From positions 1 through 64,000 of IMG/VR virus record IMGVR_UViG_3300047564_003843: a stretch of 64,000 nucleotides of DNA. One strand, written 5' to 3'. The notes under the pieces are model-generated. The model ran no database searches. It was not told the origin of the DNA and saw nothing but the letters and a program-made list of their open reading frames with translations. Numbering within the stretch: position 1 is the stretch's first letter; each line of letters opens with the position of its first letter. Shown here one piece after another: positions 46,630-56,903 of the stretch. Origin of the DNA: a virus. Position numbers and translations under genes: made by a program.

Positions 46630-48678
46630 GTGAGTATCGCTTTCTCTTTTTCCTTGTCAAAAGACTTTGTTGCAACATATAAGGATAAGAAAGCGCCATT
46701 TGGTTATACAGATGCAGCAGGTAACTCCGTAGGTGAGATTACATTTCTTCGCACATACTCACGATTAAAAGAAGATGGAACTAAAGAATCTTGGTCAGAT
46801 GTTTGCGAACGAGTTGTTAATGGTATGTACTCAATTCAAAAAGACCATTGCAAATCACAGCGTCTTCCTTGGAATGACTCTCGCGCACAAGCATCTGCAA
46901 AAGAAGCATTTGACCGTTTATTCAACTTGAAGTGGACTCCACCAGGACGTGGACTTTGGGTAATGGGAACTAACATTGTTAATGTCCAGAGAAACTCAGC
47001 AGCACTTCAAAACTGCGCATTTGTTTCAACTGCAGAGATGACAAAGAACAATCCATCAAAACCTTTTGGATTTCTTATGGAAGCATCAATGCTTGGCGTT
47101 GGTGTTGGTTTTGATGACAAAGGTGCTGACAAAGACTTTACAATCTACACACCAGAAGAAGGAGAGACCTATGTCATCCCAGACACCAGAGAAGGATGGG
47201 TGGAATCAACCACAGCCCTCCTCGATGCTTTCCTACGACCAGATACGGCGGCTCCAGTATTTGATTACAAAGAAATCCGCCCGCTTGGAGAGCCAATCAA
47301 AACTTTTGGTGGAACAGCAGCAGGACCCGACCCACTAATTAAATTACACAACCACATCCGCAAAATGTTTGCTGGACGTGGAGGTGAGAAGCTCACACGT
47401 GTAGACATTGCAGATATTGGAAATCTTATTGGCGTTTGTGTTGTCTCAGGAAACGTTCGTCGTTCAGCAGAGCTTTTAATTGGTCGTCTAGATGATGATA
47501 ACTTCTTGAACTTGAAGAATGCAGAGAAGTTCCCACAGCGTAACTCTTATGATGCAGATGCACCCGGTTGGGCTTGGATGTCTAACAACTCTGTCTCTGT
47601 TGAAGTAGGACAAGACCTTTCAAACATTGTTGAGGGTATTGCCAGAAACGGTGAGCCTGGTGTAATTTGGCTGGATGTTTCAAAACAATACGGAAGACTT
47701 GCAGACCCAATCAACAACAAAGACCACCGAGTTGCAGGTTACAACCCGTGTGCAGAGCAGTCACTCGAATCCTATGAGTGCTGCACTCTCGTTGAAACTT
47801 ACCTCAACCGTCACGACTCAATCGAAGATTACAAGCGAACACTTAAATTCGCATATCTCTACGCAAAAACTGTCACTCTCCTTCCAACACACTGGGAAGA
47901 GACAAATGCAATTATGCAACGTAACCGAAGAATTGGAACGTCTATGTCGGGAGTTGCAAACTTTGCAGACCTCCACGGACTCCCAGTCCTACGAAAGTGG
48001 ATGGACGATGGATACGCAACAATTAAAAGCTATGATGTTACTTACTCTGAGTGGCTTGGTATCCGTGAATCAATCAAAACAACTACTGTAAAACCATCAG
48101 GAACTGTTTCAATCCTTGCAGGTGAATCACCAGGAGTTCACTGGACTCCAGGTGGTAAGTTCTTCAAGCGAGCAATTCGTTTTGGAAACACAGACCCAAT
48201 GCTTCCACTTTTTAAGATGGCTAACTACACAGTAGAACCAGCATCTGAATCTCCAGATACAACTAGTGTTGTTTTCTTTCCAATTAAATCTGGCGCATCT
48301 CGTGCAGAGAAAGATGTAACCATCTTTGAGAAGATGAGCCTTGCTGCAACTGCACAACACTATTGGTCTGATAACTCTGTATCTGTCACAGTTTCATTCG
48401 ATCCTGAAAAGGAATCAGAGCATGTAGGCACAGTCCTTCACATGTATGACGGACAGCTAAAGACCGTAAGCTTCCTTCCTTCAGGAAACTTCACATACCC
48501 ACAAATGCCTTACACCCAAATCACTGAAGAAGAGTATGAAGATTCTATAATGAAACTCTTCCCTATCGATTTCTCTGGCGTGTATGCAGGACTAGCAGCT
48601 GATGCTATTGGCGATGCTTACTGCACCACAGACGCATGCGAGATTAAGCTTATTGTGGAGAACCAAAAAGATAAGTAA
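46630..48678 (+). CDS. nrdJ: Class II (adenosylcobalamin-dependent) ribonucleotide reductase, monomeric RTPR type
   Basis: TPPGRGLW, LQNCAF, VSGNVRRSA, NPCAEQ, TVKPSGT, C-terminal CTTDAC. Confidence 0.92.
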   Translation: MSIAFSFSLSKDFVATYKDKKAPFGYTDAAGNSVGEITFLRTYSRLKEDGTKESWSDVCERVVNGMYSIQKDHCKSQRLPWNDSRAQASAKEAFDRLFNLKWTPPGRGLWVMGTNIVNVQRNSAALQNCAFVSTAEMTKNNPSKPFGFLMEASMLGVGVGFDDKGADKDFTIYTPEEGETYVIPDTREGWVESTTALLDAFLRPDTAAPVFDYKEIRPLGEPIKTFGGTAAGPDPLIKLHNHIRKMFAGRGGEKLTRVDIADIGNLIGVCVVSGNVRRSAELLIGRLDDDNFLNLKNAEKFPQRNSYDADAPGWAWMSNNSVSVEVGQDLSNIVEGIARNGEPGVIWLDVSKQYGRLADPINNKDHRVAGYNPCAEQSLESYECCTLVETYLNRHDSIEDYKRTLKFAYLYAKTVTLLPTHWEETNAIMQRNRRIGTSMSGVANFADLHGLPVLRKWMDDGYATIKSYDVTYSEWLGIRESIKTTTVKPSGTVSILAGESPGVHWTPGGKFFKRAIRFGNTDPMLPLFKMANYTVEPASESPDTTSVVFFPIKSGASRAEKDVTIFEKMSLAATAQHYWSDNSVSVTVSFDPEKESEHVGTVLHMYDGQLKTVSFLPSGNFTYPQMPYTQITEEEYEDSIMKLFPIDFSGVYAGLAADAIGDAYCTTDACEIKLIVENQKDK

Positions 48679-48851
48679 TGGCAACCTACGACTATAAGTG
48701 TTCTAACGAGCACCACAGAGAAGTCGTTCGTTCCATGACTGCTGCCGAAGAACTGGTGACCTGCACGGAGTGCGGGGAAGAGATGACGAGAGTCTTTTCA
48801 TCCCCACCTGTCATGTTCAAGGCTAAAGGGTTCTACTCAAGTAGGGGTTAG
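48678..48851 (+). CDS. FmdB-family zinc-ribbon protein (57 aa)
   Basis: MATYDYKC..CTECG..FKAKGFYS. Confidence 0.7.
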   Translation: MATYDYKCSNEHHREVVRSMTAAEELVTCTECGEEMTRVFSSPPVMFKAKGFYSSRG

Positions 48852-48902
48852 CGTTGGGCGAGTCTGTTGACGTGCCAGCAGACTCTCCCACATAATAGTC
48901 TC

Positions 48903-49067
48903 ATGATGTTTACCCAAGGCGATGTAATCGCGACAATAATTGCACTACTCGGTTGTTTAACAGTTATGGGCTTATTCTGGAAACAGAATATTGCCTTGCA
49001 AAGAGAGAACATTGCGCTTAGAAAGCGTCTAGTCGAACAAGAAGTTAAAAGCATTCTTCATAAGTAA
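48903..49067 (+). CDS. Small membrane protein
   Basis: TTGACG-N18-CATAAT-6nt-ATG leaderless start; TM segment plus coiled coil. Confidence 0.5.
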   Translation: MMFTQGDVIATIIALLGCLTVMGLFWKQNIALQRENIALRKRLVEQEVKSILHK

Positions 49068-49108
49068 TAATGCTATGATTGAATACCAAAGCACAAGGAA
49101 GGACCACA

Positions 49109-49369
49109 ATGGCAATTCAAATCCCTGATTTTGAAGACCCTAAAGAAAAGGTTGCTTGGCTTCGCGCCAAAATGATTGAGCTATCAACAGACCATGACAA
49201 TCCTGCTATTGAAGCAGATAGAGCAAGTCTTGAAGCTCCATACTTCGCTGCACTAGAAGCAGCAGGTATGACAGATTGGGTGCCTAACGAAAACTTGAAT
49301 CGTCCAGAAGATACAGATGTTTTTGTTACCGAAGTTCTTGCACCTCCAGCTGAAGAACCAGCAGAGTAG
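49109..49369 (+). CDS. Acidic hypothetical protein
   Basis: GAAGG RBS; MAIQIPDF. Confidence 0.55.
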   Translation: MAIQIPDFEDPKEKVAWLRAKMIELSTDHDNPAIEADRASLEAPYFAALEAAGMTDWVPNENLNRPEDTDVFVTEVLAPPAEEPAE

Positions 49370-49879
49370 TTGGAGCGCACCAAAGAATTCATAGAACCAG
49401 ACCTTGTGAACTTATCGCAGGGTCTGGTTTCTGTATCTAATGCAACAACTTTTAATTCAACAGCTCTTGAAGAGATTTACAATAGAAATTTAGAACTTAT
49501 AGAAAAATATCGAATTCCTCTTAAAGAAGGTTCGATTCCAAAAGTTTTTAATATTTTTTGGCAAAACCACATCTGCGGTCAAATTATTATACAAATCGAC
49601 AAAATAACAAACAGCGGACTTATTAGTTACTGGGTTGACTCTCAACTCTCTAATAGAAACATAGCAACTAACGCGGTTATTCTTATAAAACAATACTCTT
49701 TTGATATTTTTAATTTAGATTATCTAGAGGCTTATGTTCAACCAGATAATGTAAAAAGCCACCGTGTATTAGAAAAATCTGGTTTTATTAAGACAGAAGC
49801 AGTTTTTACTTATATAAACCCCGTAGGTACAGGCATCGAGCACTGTGTATACAGAATAGAGCGCGACTACCTCTCTTAA
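49370..49879 (+). CDS. GNAT acetyltransferase, RimJ/RimL family
   Basis: ISYWV..NRNIATNAV..AYVQPDNVKSHRVLEKSGF. Confidence 0.8.
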   Translation: MERTKEFIEPDLVNLSQGLVSVSNATTFNSTALEEIYNRNLELIEKYRIPLKEGSIPKVFNIFWQNHICGQIIIQIDKITNSGLISYWVDSQLSNRNIATNAVILIKQYSFDIFNLDYLEAYVQPDNVKSHRVLEKSGFIKTEAVFTYINPVGTGIEHCVYRIERDYLS

Positions 49880-49916
49880 ACTAAAAATATTGTATTTTTA
49901 TTTAAGGCAGGTAGTA

Positions 49917-50591
49917 ATGGCAAAAGCACAATTTCCTATTGATGGAGTTCAGGGAAAGAGCTGGAAAATAACATCTCCCTTTGGTTGGAGAATTCATCCG
50001 ATTGAAAAGCGTAAAAAGCACCACAATGGAATAGACATTTGGTCTTCTCAAGAACCATGCTATATAGAATCAGCCTCTGACGGCACTGTGCTCTATGCAG
50101 GTCCTTCCGAGAAGAAGAAAGCAAATGGTGAACCAGATGGTTATGGTTATTACGTAAGAGTGTTGTCTGAGGTTGATGGCGTGTGGATGACTCACACATA
50201 CGCTCATATGGTTAAAGACTCGCTAAAAGTTAAAAAGGGTCAAAAGATTGAAGCTGGCACTGTTATTGGTAAAATGGGCACCACTGGTGCTTCCACGGGA
50301 AAGCATCTCCACTGGGAAATACATGAAGGGAAGAAACACCTATGGTCAGCAGATGGCTCAGGGTTTTTGGATCCAATCGCGTTTTGGAAAACTGTAATTG
50401 CGAAACAGAAGGCACTTGCAGATGCACCGTTAGCAACACCAGAGACTGCACCTGTAGCGCCAAGTCCGACGCACGGGAAAGCTCCCGTCACGAAGCCATC
50501 AGCCTCTGCTCCTGCGAAAGTAAAGCAGTCTTCCACTCGTGCTCCTGCGGGAACTGCTAAACCCAAAAGCAAGGGTAGGTTGACACCCTAA
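49917..50591 (+). CDS. M23 metalloendopeptidase (endolysin-like)
   Basis: HNGID, YAHM, TGASTGKHLHWE. Confidence 0.85.
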   Translation: MAKAQFPIDGVQGKSWKITSPFGWRIHPIEKRKKHHNGIDIWSSQEPCYIESASDGTVLYAGPSEKKKANGEPDGYGYYVRVLSEVDGVWMTHTYAHMVKDSLKVKKGQKIEAGTVIGKMGTTGASTGKHLHWEIHEGKKHLWSADGSGFLDPIAFWKTVIAKQKALADAPLATPETAPVAPSPTHGKAPVTKPSASAPAKVKQSSTRAPAGTAKPKSKGRLTP

Positions 50592-50649
50592 GGTCTAACA
50601 CATAGACTGCAGGTAGAAGCAACAATAACGACAAGAAAGACGAAATGAC

Positions 50650-50832
50650 ATGGCACTAGCCCTACACTGCGACGCACCCAGTTGCGAAGCTTGGATTGAA
50701 AATAACTACACAAATAAGCAGAAGTACATCATCCTCAGCCATAACGGCGAAGATAAACATTTCTGCTCTTGGAATTGTGTAATTACATTTGTAAATGAAG
50801 TGGATGTTCTCGATGGTTTTGAGTCTAAGTAG
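50650..50832 (+). CDS. Small zinc-binding protein
   Basis: CDAPSC..HFCSWNC. Confidence 0.55.
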   Translation: MALALHCDAPSCEAWIENNYTNKQKYIILSHNGEDKHFCSWNCVITFVNEVDVLDGFESK

Positions 50833-50846
50833 GATAGGCTCTCATC

Positions 50847-51551
50847 ATGGGAAAAAAGATAATCAAGTTTGGAAGAAGTCACGACTACCCTGAACTTCCT
50901 GTACCCGTTAGAAATGTAGTTCCAGATTGGTATAAAAAATCTCCTAGATTTATAGATGGCAAAGAAGCTTCTATTATTTATACCGAACGAGGTGCTCGTT
51001 CTAATATTGGTATGAAGATGTGCGTTCCATTTTTTGACGCGATGATTTGTGGATATACAGCAACTCTTTGGCAAGATGTCCAAGTAACAAGACGACCAGA
51101 TGGTTTAAAACTAGATTGGCTTGTAGACCCTACCCCAATCAATGACAGAAGTAGTCATGGTATGGAACTTCTTCCTATTCCTGCAGGACACTATCCTCAG
51201 CAATACGCTTGGGTAACACCTTTCTCAATTCAAACTCCTCCAGGCTATAGTGTTCTTATAACTCATCCGTTTAATCGTTATGACCTCCCGTTTACAACTT
51301 TGAACGGTATTCACGATTCTGACTCAATAATGCCTCACGGGCACTTACCTTTTTATATGAAAGATAATTTTGAAGGAGTAATTCCAGCAGGAACTCCTAT
51401 TTATCAAATCTTCCCATTTAAACGCGATGCTTGGGAATCAGAGTTTGACGAGACCCTTGGTAAAAAAGCAGAGAAGAGAATGTGGGACGGTATGACCAAA
51501 ATGTTTGGACATTACCGAAATAACATATGGAATAAGAAAGAGTACAACTGA
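50847..51551 (+). CDS. Conserved phage protein, DUF6065-like (paralog of 62739-63464)
   Basis: PDWYK..KMCVPFFDAM..TPPGYSVL..P.NR..IPAGTPIYQIFPFKR. Confidence 0.65.
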   Translation: MGKKIIKFGRSHDYPELPVPVRNVVPDWYKKSPRFIDGKEASIIYTERGARSNIGMKMCVPFFDAMICGYTATLWQDVQVTRRPDGLKLDWLVDPTPINDRSSHGMELLPIPAGHYPQQYAWVTPFSIQTPPGYSVLITHPFNRYDLPFTTLNGIHDSDSIMPHGHLPFYMKDNFEGVIPAGTPIYQIFPFKRDAWESEFDETLGKKAEKRMWDGMTKMFGHYRNNIWNKKEYN

Positions 51552-53119
51552 TGGAGCTTAGAGACATAAAGAATGTGACCATCATTGGTGGTGGTACAGC
51601 AGGGTGGCTCGTTGCTCTTTATGCAAAGACAGTTCTTCCAACAAAAAGAATAACCTTAATCGAGTCAGACAAAATCGGTATTCTTGGTGCTGGTGAGGGA
51701 GCAACTCCTCAACTAATTAGCTTTTTAGACGTACTACAAATACCTGTTTCTAAATTAATTCAAGAAGCAGATGTAACACTTAAGCAGGGTATTAAGTTTA
51801 CAAATTGGCACAAAGGTGGAGATTCTGATTGGTTCTATCACCCATTTGTTGGTTTTGGTAATGTTGCTGCCACAGAGGTTTCTTTAGAAAGATATGTCTC
51901 TGGTACACCAGCTCTTTTTACACAGGTAGCAAAACTACAAGAACCTCAAGAAGAGTGGTGTTTTATGACCCGCTTATGTGAGCAGAACAAGGTTGCCTTC
52001 AAACCACATAGAGAAGAATTTTATCCAGCATCAGATCCAATTTTTCAATACGAAAAGATGGGAGCATTTTCTCTACATTTTGATGCTAGAAAACTTGCTG
52101 CGTTTTTATCAGAAACTGGTCAAGAACGCGGTATTCAAAGAATTGAAGGTTTAGTAGAAAGCTATAAAACAGATGATGAAGGTTATGTCAATGAACTTCT
52201 TTTAGATAATGGAAAGTCAGTAGATACTGATTTTGTTTTTGACTGCACTGGTTTTAAGTCTTTCTTTGCTAAAGAGTTTGAAACTAGTTGGGTGTCTGCT
52301 AAAGACCATTTAACTGTCAATGCTGCTATGCCTTTCTTCCTTGATATAGAAAGTCCTATCCCTCCATACACAGAAGCAGTAGCAATGAAGTATGGGTGGA
52401 TGTGGAAGATTCCTCTTCAATCTCGTTATGGTTGCGGTTATGTTTTTAATAGCAACATGATTGATGATGCTCAAGCAAGAGAAGAGATTATTGATTATCT
52501 TGGCTATGAACCTGAATGGCCTAGGGAAAAATCATTTAGTTGGGAACCAGGTTATTTATCAGAACCTTGGAAAAAGAATGTATTTACGATTGGTCTTTCT
52601 GCAGGTTTTGTTGAACCGCTAGAAGCTACTTCTATATGGTCAACTGTTATTGATTGGTCTAGTGCATTACTTGGCAATGTAGAACTTATGTATACAAAAG
52701 ACCAAAGTATTATTGATGATTTCAATAACTTCTGGCGTAAGAATCAAGAAGAAGTTATCGGCTTTATTTATGCTCATTACATGAGTGGAAGAACCGATAC
52801 AGAGTTTTGGGAGCACTACACCTACGAAAATGCACCTGCTTCATCAAAACGTTATTTAGATATAAATAATAAAAGATCCTTTATCCTTAATGATTTTATA
52901 GACCACAATTTCTTTGAAATTGATTCATGGTCTTATATTCTTCTCGGGCTTAAAAATAAAAAGTTTATAGAACACCACAAGCTATTCGAGTTCTATAATT
53001 TTACAAGAACTTTTATGGAACAAAGATATACAAGCTTTAAAAAACTTATTCAATATGTAGCAGACAATGAAGCAATCACCCACGACGAGTTTTTGGAGAA
53101 GATGAATGAAAAACAATAA
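51551..53119 (+). CDS. Flavin-dependent (tryptophan-type) halogenase
   Basis: GGGTAGW, GAGEG, catalytic Lys in TLKQGIKF, GWMWKIPL, FVEPLEATS. Confidence 0.88.
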   Translation: MELRDIKNVTIIGGGTAGWLVALYAKTVLPTKRITLIESDKIGILGAGEGATPQLISFLDVLQIPVSKLIQEADVTLKQGIKFTNWHKGGDSDWFYHPFVGFGNVAATEVSLERYVSGTPALFTQVAKLQEPQEEWCFMTRLCEQNKVAFKPHREEFYPASDPIFQYEKMGAFSLHFDARKLAAFLSETGQERGIQRIEGLVESYKTDDEGYVNELLLDNGKSVDTDFVFDCTGFKSFFAKEFETSWVSAKDHLTVNAAMPFFLDIESPIPPYTEAVAMKYGWMWKIPLQSRYGCGYVFNSNMIDDAQAREEIIDYLGYEPEWPREKSFSWEPGYLSEPWKKNVFTIGLSAGFVEPLEATSIWSTVIDWSSALLGNVELMYTKDQSIIDDFNNFWRKNQEEVIGFIYAHYMSGRTDTEFWEHYTYENAPASSKRYLDINNKRSFILNDFIDHNFFEIDSWSYILLGLKNKKFIEHHKLFEFYNFTRTFMEQRYTSFKKLIQYVADNEAITHDEFLEKMNEKQ

Positions 53120-53477
53120 AACACCAAAGAACTACCAATACAAAGACCCAAACTTCTACACAAATCAAGAAGTCTTTGACGGAAATGTGAAGAAACACTT
53201 TCAATGGGTCAGAGCACTAAAGACGATGGGTCAACGCAGTTATTGGAATGTTCCTAACACTGTTGAGTTTCTAGCATTTACCACTAAGGCAGTTATCATC
53301 ATTCCAGGTTTGCTTTTTGGTGTTTCTATTTGGTGGCTGTATATTTTTGCTCTTGTAACTAGTTTTTTATTAATTTGGTCAGCTACTATAAAAACTTTGC
53401 CTACACTTATCTGGTTTAATATTTTATGGGTTATTCTTGCATCAACCTTTATTGTAAAGCACTTTGCAGGATTGTAA
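53106..53477 (+). CDS. Membrane protein
   Basis: Three TM segments. Confidence 0.6.
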   Translation: MKNNKTPKNYQYKDPNFYTNQEVFDGNVKKHFQWVRALKTMGQRSYWNVPNTVEFLAFTTKAVIIIPGLLFGVSIWWLYIFALVTSFLLIWSATIKTLPTLIWFNILWVILASTFIVKHFAGL

Positions 53478-54418
53478 TGGATTTTTCAAAGTTTCCTTAC
53501 ATTAGAGATTTAGGCGGACATGTAATTGATGTCCGTCGATTAATTGACCCTAACAATAAAAATTGGGGTGCAACTAATCTTTCTATTGGAAACTACAAAA
53601 ATAAGTATGTTGGAGCTTTGCGCTCAAGTAATTATGTAATTATGGATAACGGAAGTTATACCGTTACCGAAGGTAATCTCATCACTTCAAAAATATATTG
53701 GGGCGAGTTTAATAAAGAATGGAAGTTAGAAAATCTAAGACAGATAGATACTTCTATTGCAGGAGATTTAAAACGAGGTTTAGAGGACCCTAAAGTTTTT
53801 TATCGAGATGGTGCTTGGCACATAACCTGCGTAATTATGGATAAAGAAGAAGTCCCATATGCACGTATGGCAATTGCTCGTCTTGACTCAAAGTGCACAA
53901 AGCTTGTAAGTTTTGAAGTCTTAAATGGTATGGATACTCAGCGTCCAGAAAAGAATTGGATGCTTCCTTACGAACCAAATCCACATTTTGATTTTATTTA
54001 TGGACCAAACTCCACAGTTCAAAATAATATGATGACAATGCTTTTTACAGATGTAAGAAAGCTTTCACAACTTCGAGGCAACACAAACTTGCTTCTTTTA
54101 GAAGATGGAACATATCTTGGAGTTATGCATAGAACTTTTGTAAGAAACGAGGCTAGGTGGGAGCCAAAACGATTTAGCACTCAAAATGCCTCTGTCAGAA
54201 ATTACATTCATTACTTTGTAAGATTTGATATTGAAGGCAGTATTTTGGAGATTTCTAAAGGCTTTCAGTTCTTCAAGTCAGGGGTTGAATTTGCTGCTGG
54301 TTTAGTTGCCCACAAGGACAATTTCTTAATTAGCTTTGGCAGAGATGACCTATCTAGTCATATCGCCGTGATGCCTAAAGACCTAGTTTTAAAATCACTC
54401 ACACCAATCGAGTATTAG
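53477..54418 (+). CDS. Five-bladed beta-propeller glycosidase/phosphorylase-like protein (GH130/GH43-like)
   Basis: GLEDPKV, PEKNWM, LRGNT, VEFAAGL, ISFGRDD. Confidence 0.65.
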   Translation: MDFSKFPYIRDLGGHVIDVRRLIDPNNKNWGATNLSIGNYKNKYVGALRSSNYVIMDNGSYTVTEGNLITSKIYWGEFNKEWKLENLRQIDTSIAGDLKRGLEDPKVFYRDGAWHITCVIMDKEEVPYARMAIARLDSKCTKLVSFEVLNGMDTQRPEKNWMLPYEPNPHFDFIYGPNSTVQNNMMTMLFTDVRKLSQLRGNTNLLLLEDGTYLGVMHRTFVRNEARWEPKRFSTQNASVRNYIHYFVRFDIEGSILEISKGFQFFKSGVEFAAGLVAHKDNFLISFGRDDLSSHIAVMPKDLVLKSLTPIEY

Positions 54419-54428
54419 AATCATCAGT

Positions 54429-54665
54429 ATGACCCTGTTAGGTTCTGGCACGCAAAGCCAAGAAGACACTCGTACCGTCTACGAAAACGGCGACCACGAG
54501 CGTTACTCTCACTATGCTCCAAAAGATGAGATTATGGAAGCATTAATCAATGGGACACCAATTATGGCTTTGTGTGGGAAAGTTTGGGTTCCTTCTCGTG
54601 ATCCAAAAAAATTTCCCATCTGCCCAATGTGCAAAGACATATATGAGCAGATGAGCCATGAGTGA
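54429..54665 (+). CDS. DUF3039-family protein (actinobacterial)
   Basis: GDHERYSHY..ALCGKVWVPSRDPKKFPICPMCKDIY. Confidence 0.85.
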   Translation: MTLLGSGTQSQEDTRTVYENGDHERYSHYAPKDEIMEALINGTPIMALCGKVWVPSRDPKKFPICPMCKDIYEQMSHE

Positions 54666-54870
54666 TACTACTCAAATCATAAAGCTAGACAACACACCGC
54701 TTGAATATATAACTCCCCGCGAACGTTGCGACGCTTGCGGTCATCAAGCATATTATCGTGTTACTTTTGAAGCAGGACATCTATTCTTTTGCAGACATCA
54801 CTACATCAAACAAGAAGATGCTTTCTTTGAGAAAGCTTTAGATATCGTTGACGAGTCTGAATTACTTTGA
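54658..54870 (+). CDS. Conserved actinobacterial small Zn-binding protein
   Basis: RCDACGHQAY..LFFCRHH..IVDE. Confidence 0.7.
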   Translation: MSDTTQIIKLDNTPLEYITPRERCDACGHQAYYRVTFEAGHLFFCRHHYIKQEDAFFEKALDIVDESELL

Positions 54871-55248
54871 AGGCTTTGTAAAGTCTTCGATAGTAAATCC
54901 ATCAGTTCTTTCAAGAACCACATAGGTGTAGTCAAAAAGACTGAGATTGCTTTCAAGATTATCTAGAACTTGTTTTACAGGAAGCTCTCCACATGTATAT
55001 AAATCAAACTGGACTTTTGAAGGTTTATCTTCATCCCAGATATGCATAGCAATATGAGAAGTCTCAATCATAACTACTGCTGTTAAACCACGGTTTCCTT
55101 CAGCAGTTACATATGAGGCATAAGGTCCTTGAATGACCTTCATATCAATGGATTCAACAAGCTCACGCATCCAATTGATAACAAGTGTTTCGTCAGTCGG
55201 TGGATTAAGTGTCCACCCGTTTACTAGTAAATGGTTGTGTAAAGGCAT
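54862..55248 (-). CDS. speD: S-adenosylmethionine decarboxylase proenzyme
   Basis: GLTAVVMIETSHIAMHIWDE (pyruvoyl Ser), QFDLYTCG. Confidence 0.85.
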   Translation of the reverse strand: MPLHNHLLVNGWTLNPPTDETLVINWMRELVESIDMKVIQGPYASYVTAEGNRGLTAVVMIETSHIAMHIWDEDKPSKVQFDLYTCGELPVKQVLDNLESNLSLFDYTYVVLERTDGFTIEDFTKPSK

Positions 55249-55273
55249 AACTAAAGCCTACAGCAGAAAGTAA

Positions 55274-55555
55274 TTATTCCTCTGAAGCAGGGGCTTCTTC
55301 AGCAGGTGTTTCTTCTACGACAACAACTGCCTCTTCTTTTTCCTCTTCAGGAGCGTTATAGCGGACAAGACCAATGTCATATACCTGCTCACCTTCTTCG
55401 GCGGCTCGTACAACAGAGAAACCACCATCGCGCCATACGACCTCAGGTAGAGGAAGAATGTCCTTACAAGGACCATCAATCATGCATGCTTGGACGTGGT
55501 TAGCCAAGACTCGCCCGTTATTAGGCATTTGTTCAAATCCGCATAGACATTTCAT
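55274..55555 (-). CDS. Small zinc-finger protein with acidic tail
   Basis: CLCG..H..C; leaderless start. Confidence 0.55.
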   Translation of the reverse strand: MKCLCGFEQMPNNGRVLANHVQACMIDGPCKDILPLPEVVWRDGGFSVVRAAEEGEQVYDIGLVRYNAPEEEKEEAVVVVEETPAEEAPASEE

Positions 55556-55627
55556 AGTTCTATTCTACATCCAATTCTTTAGCCTTAGGACCTTCTCGGG
55601 TCTTGTTTTTGCTTTACAATATAATAT

Positions 55628-56866
55628 ATGACTTCAACCCCTATAACCAATGTTTCAAAGCCAAATCGCGACCAGATTAATGGCTTCCGTACAGACATGT
55701 TTGGGCGTACTAAGGTCTCTCAAAACTACACATATTTTGATGCTTCGCATCGTTTTCAAGAGAATCCAGACTATAGCGACATCTTTATTGGCACTGCCAG
55801 TAAGTCTTACTCTCAGAATGAGAGCTGTGTAAACCTCACTATTGGAACTGCTTCAGGGGATAAGGTCCACCGCGAGACCAAAAAGGTAATGCTCTATCAG
55901 CCAGGTAAATCTCTTCAACTAATGCAGACATTTACAATGGAACCTGCAAAAACAAACCTACGCCAACGAGTTGGATATTACTCACGGCAGAATGGTTTTT
56001 ACTTAGAACAAACTGGTACAACTATAAATCTTGTCAAGCGTTCATATACCTCTGGTCAGTTAGTGGAAACTAGAGTTCCTCAGTCAGAGTGGAACATGGA
56101 TAAGCTCGATGGCTCTGGACCATCTGATGTGGTTCTAGACCTCAGTAAGTCTCAAATTCTGTGGACTGAAGTTGAATGGCTAGGCGTTGGTTCTGTAAGG
56201 ATGGGTTTTGCTATTGATGGTTACTTTGTCGCTGCTCACCAGTTCAATCATGCTAACCACGACACAAGCACCTATATAACTACAGCGGCTTTACCATTTG
56301 CCTTCGAAATTGAAAACATTGGGGCAACTTCATATGCAAGTACTATGAAACAAATATGTTGTTCCGCGGGTATCAATGGTGGGTATGAAAAAATTACAGA
56401 GTCATGGTCTGCATATAGAAGCACTCCAGTAAACATCACAACATCTTTTACGCATCTAGTATCGATTCGACTTTCAAATGGAAGAACAGATGCAATTGTT
56501 ATCCCCTCTGCTCTTGATATTATGGCAACTCAGGCTGGAAACTATGAGTGGGTTCTTCTTAGAAATGCAACTATTACTGGTGGTACATGGGTAACCCACG
56601 CTTCCCCTCAAAACGCTGATTACAACGTAACCGCCACAGGGCTTTCTGATATATCTGAAGCAATCATTGTTCGTCAAGGGTATTTTCAATCAACTAATCA
56701 ATCAAGCGGTTCTATTGAAATTGGTGGAATCAATCGTCTAGACCTACAGCTTGGCAGAACAAATGCTGACACCCCTGTCAGTGACACATTTACTCTTGCT
56801 CTAAGAACCCTCTCTGGCTCAGGTCAGGCTGTTGGTTCTATTGCTTGGTTTGACCTGCTCAGCTAA
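55628..56866 (+). CDS. Beta-rich putative virion/structural protein of a family common in aquatic phages
   Basis: DMFGR..YQPGKS..QSEWNMDKLDG..EWLGVGSVRMGF pattern. Confidence 0.55.
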   Translation: MTSTPITNVSKPNRDQINGFRTDMFGRTKVSQNYTYFDASHRFQENPDYSDIFIGTASKSYSQNESCVNLTIGTASGDKVHRETKKVMLYQPGKSLQLMQTFTMEPAKTNLRQRVGYYSRQNGFYLEQTGTTINLVKRSYTSGQLVETRVPQSEWNMDKLDGSGPSDVVLDLSKSQILWTEVEWLGVGSVRMGFAIDGYFVAAHQFNHANHDTSTYITTAALPFAFEIENIGATSYASTMKQICCSAGINGGYEKITESWSAYRSTPVNITTSFTHLVSIRLSNGRTDAIVIPSALDIMATQAGNYEWVLLRNATITGGTWVTHASPQNADYNVTATGLSDISEAIIVRQGYFQSTNQSSGSIEIGGINRLDLQLGRTNADTPVSDTFTLALRTLSGSGQAVGSIAWFDLLS

Positions 56867-56903
56867 CCTGGACTTTTTGCCTTTTTTCTGATAGCCTGGA
56901 GCT

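Noticed and set aside
46630-48678. Intein or intron in nrdJ
   Set aside because: The ORF is continuous, of normal length, and has no splicing motifs.
49529-55542. T-arm-like GGTTCGATTCC (~49529) and GTTCAAATCC (~55531)
   Set aside because: Both lie inside protein-coding genes and no cloverleaf can be built; no tRNA is supported in the window.
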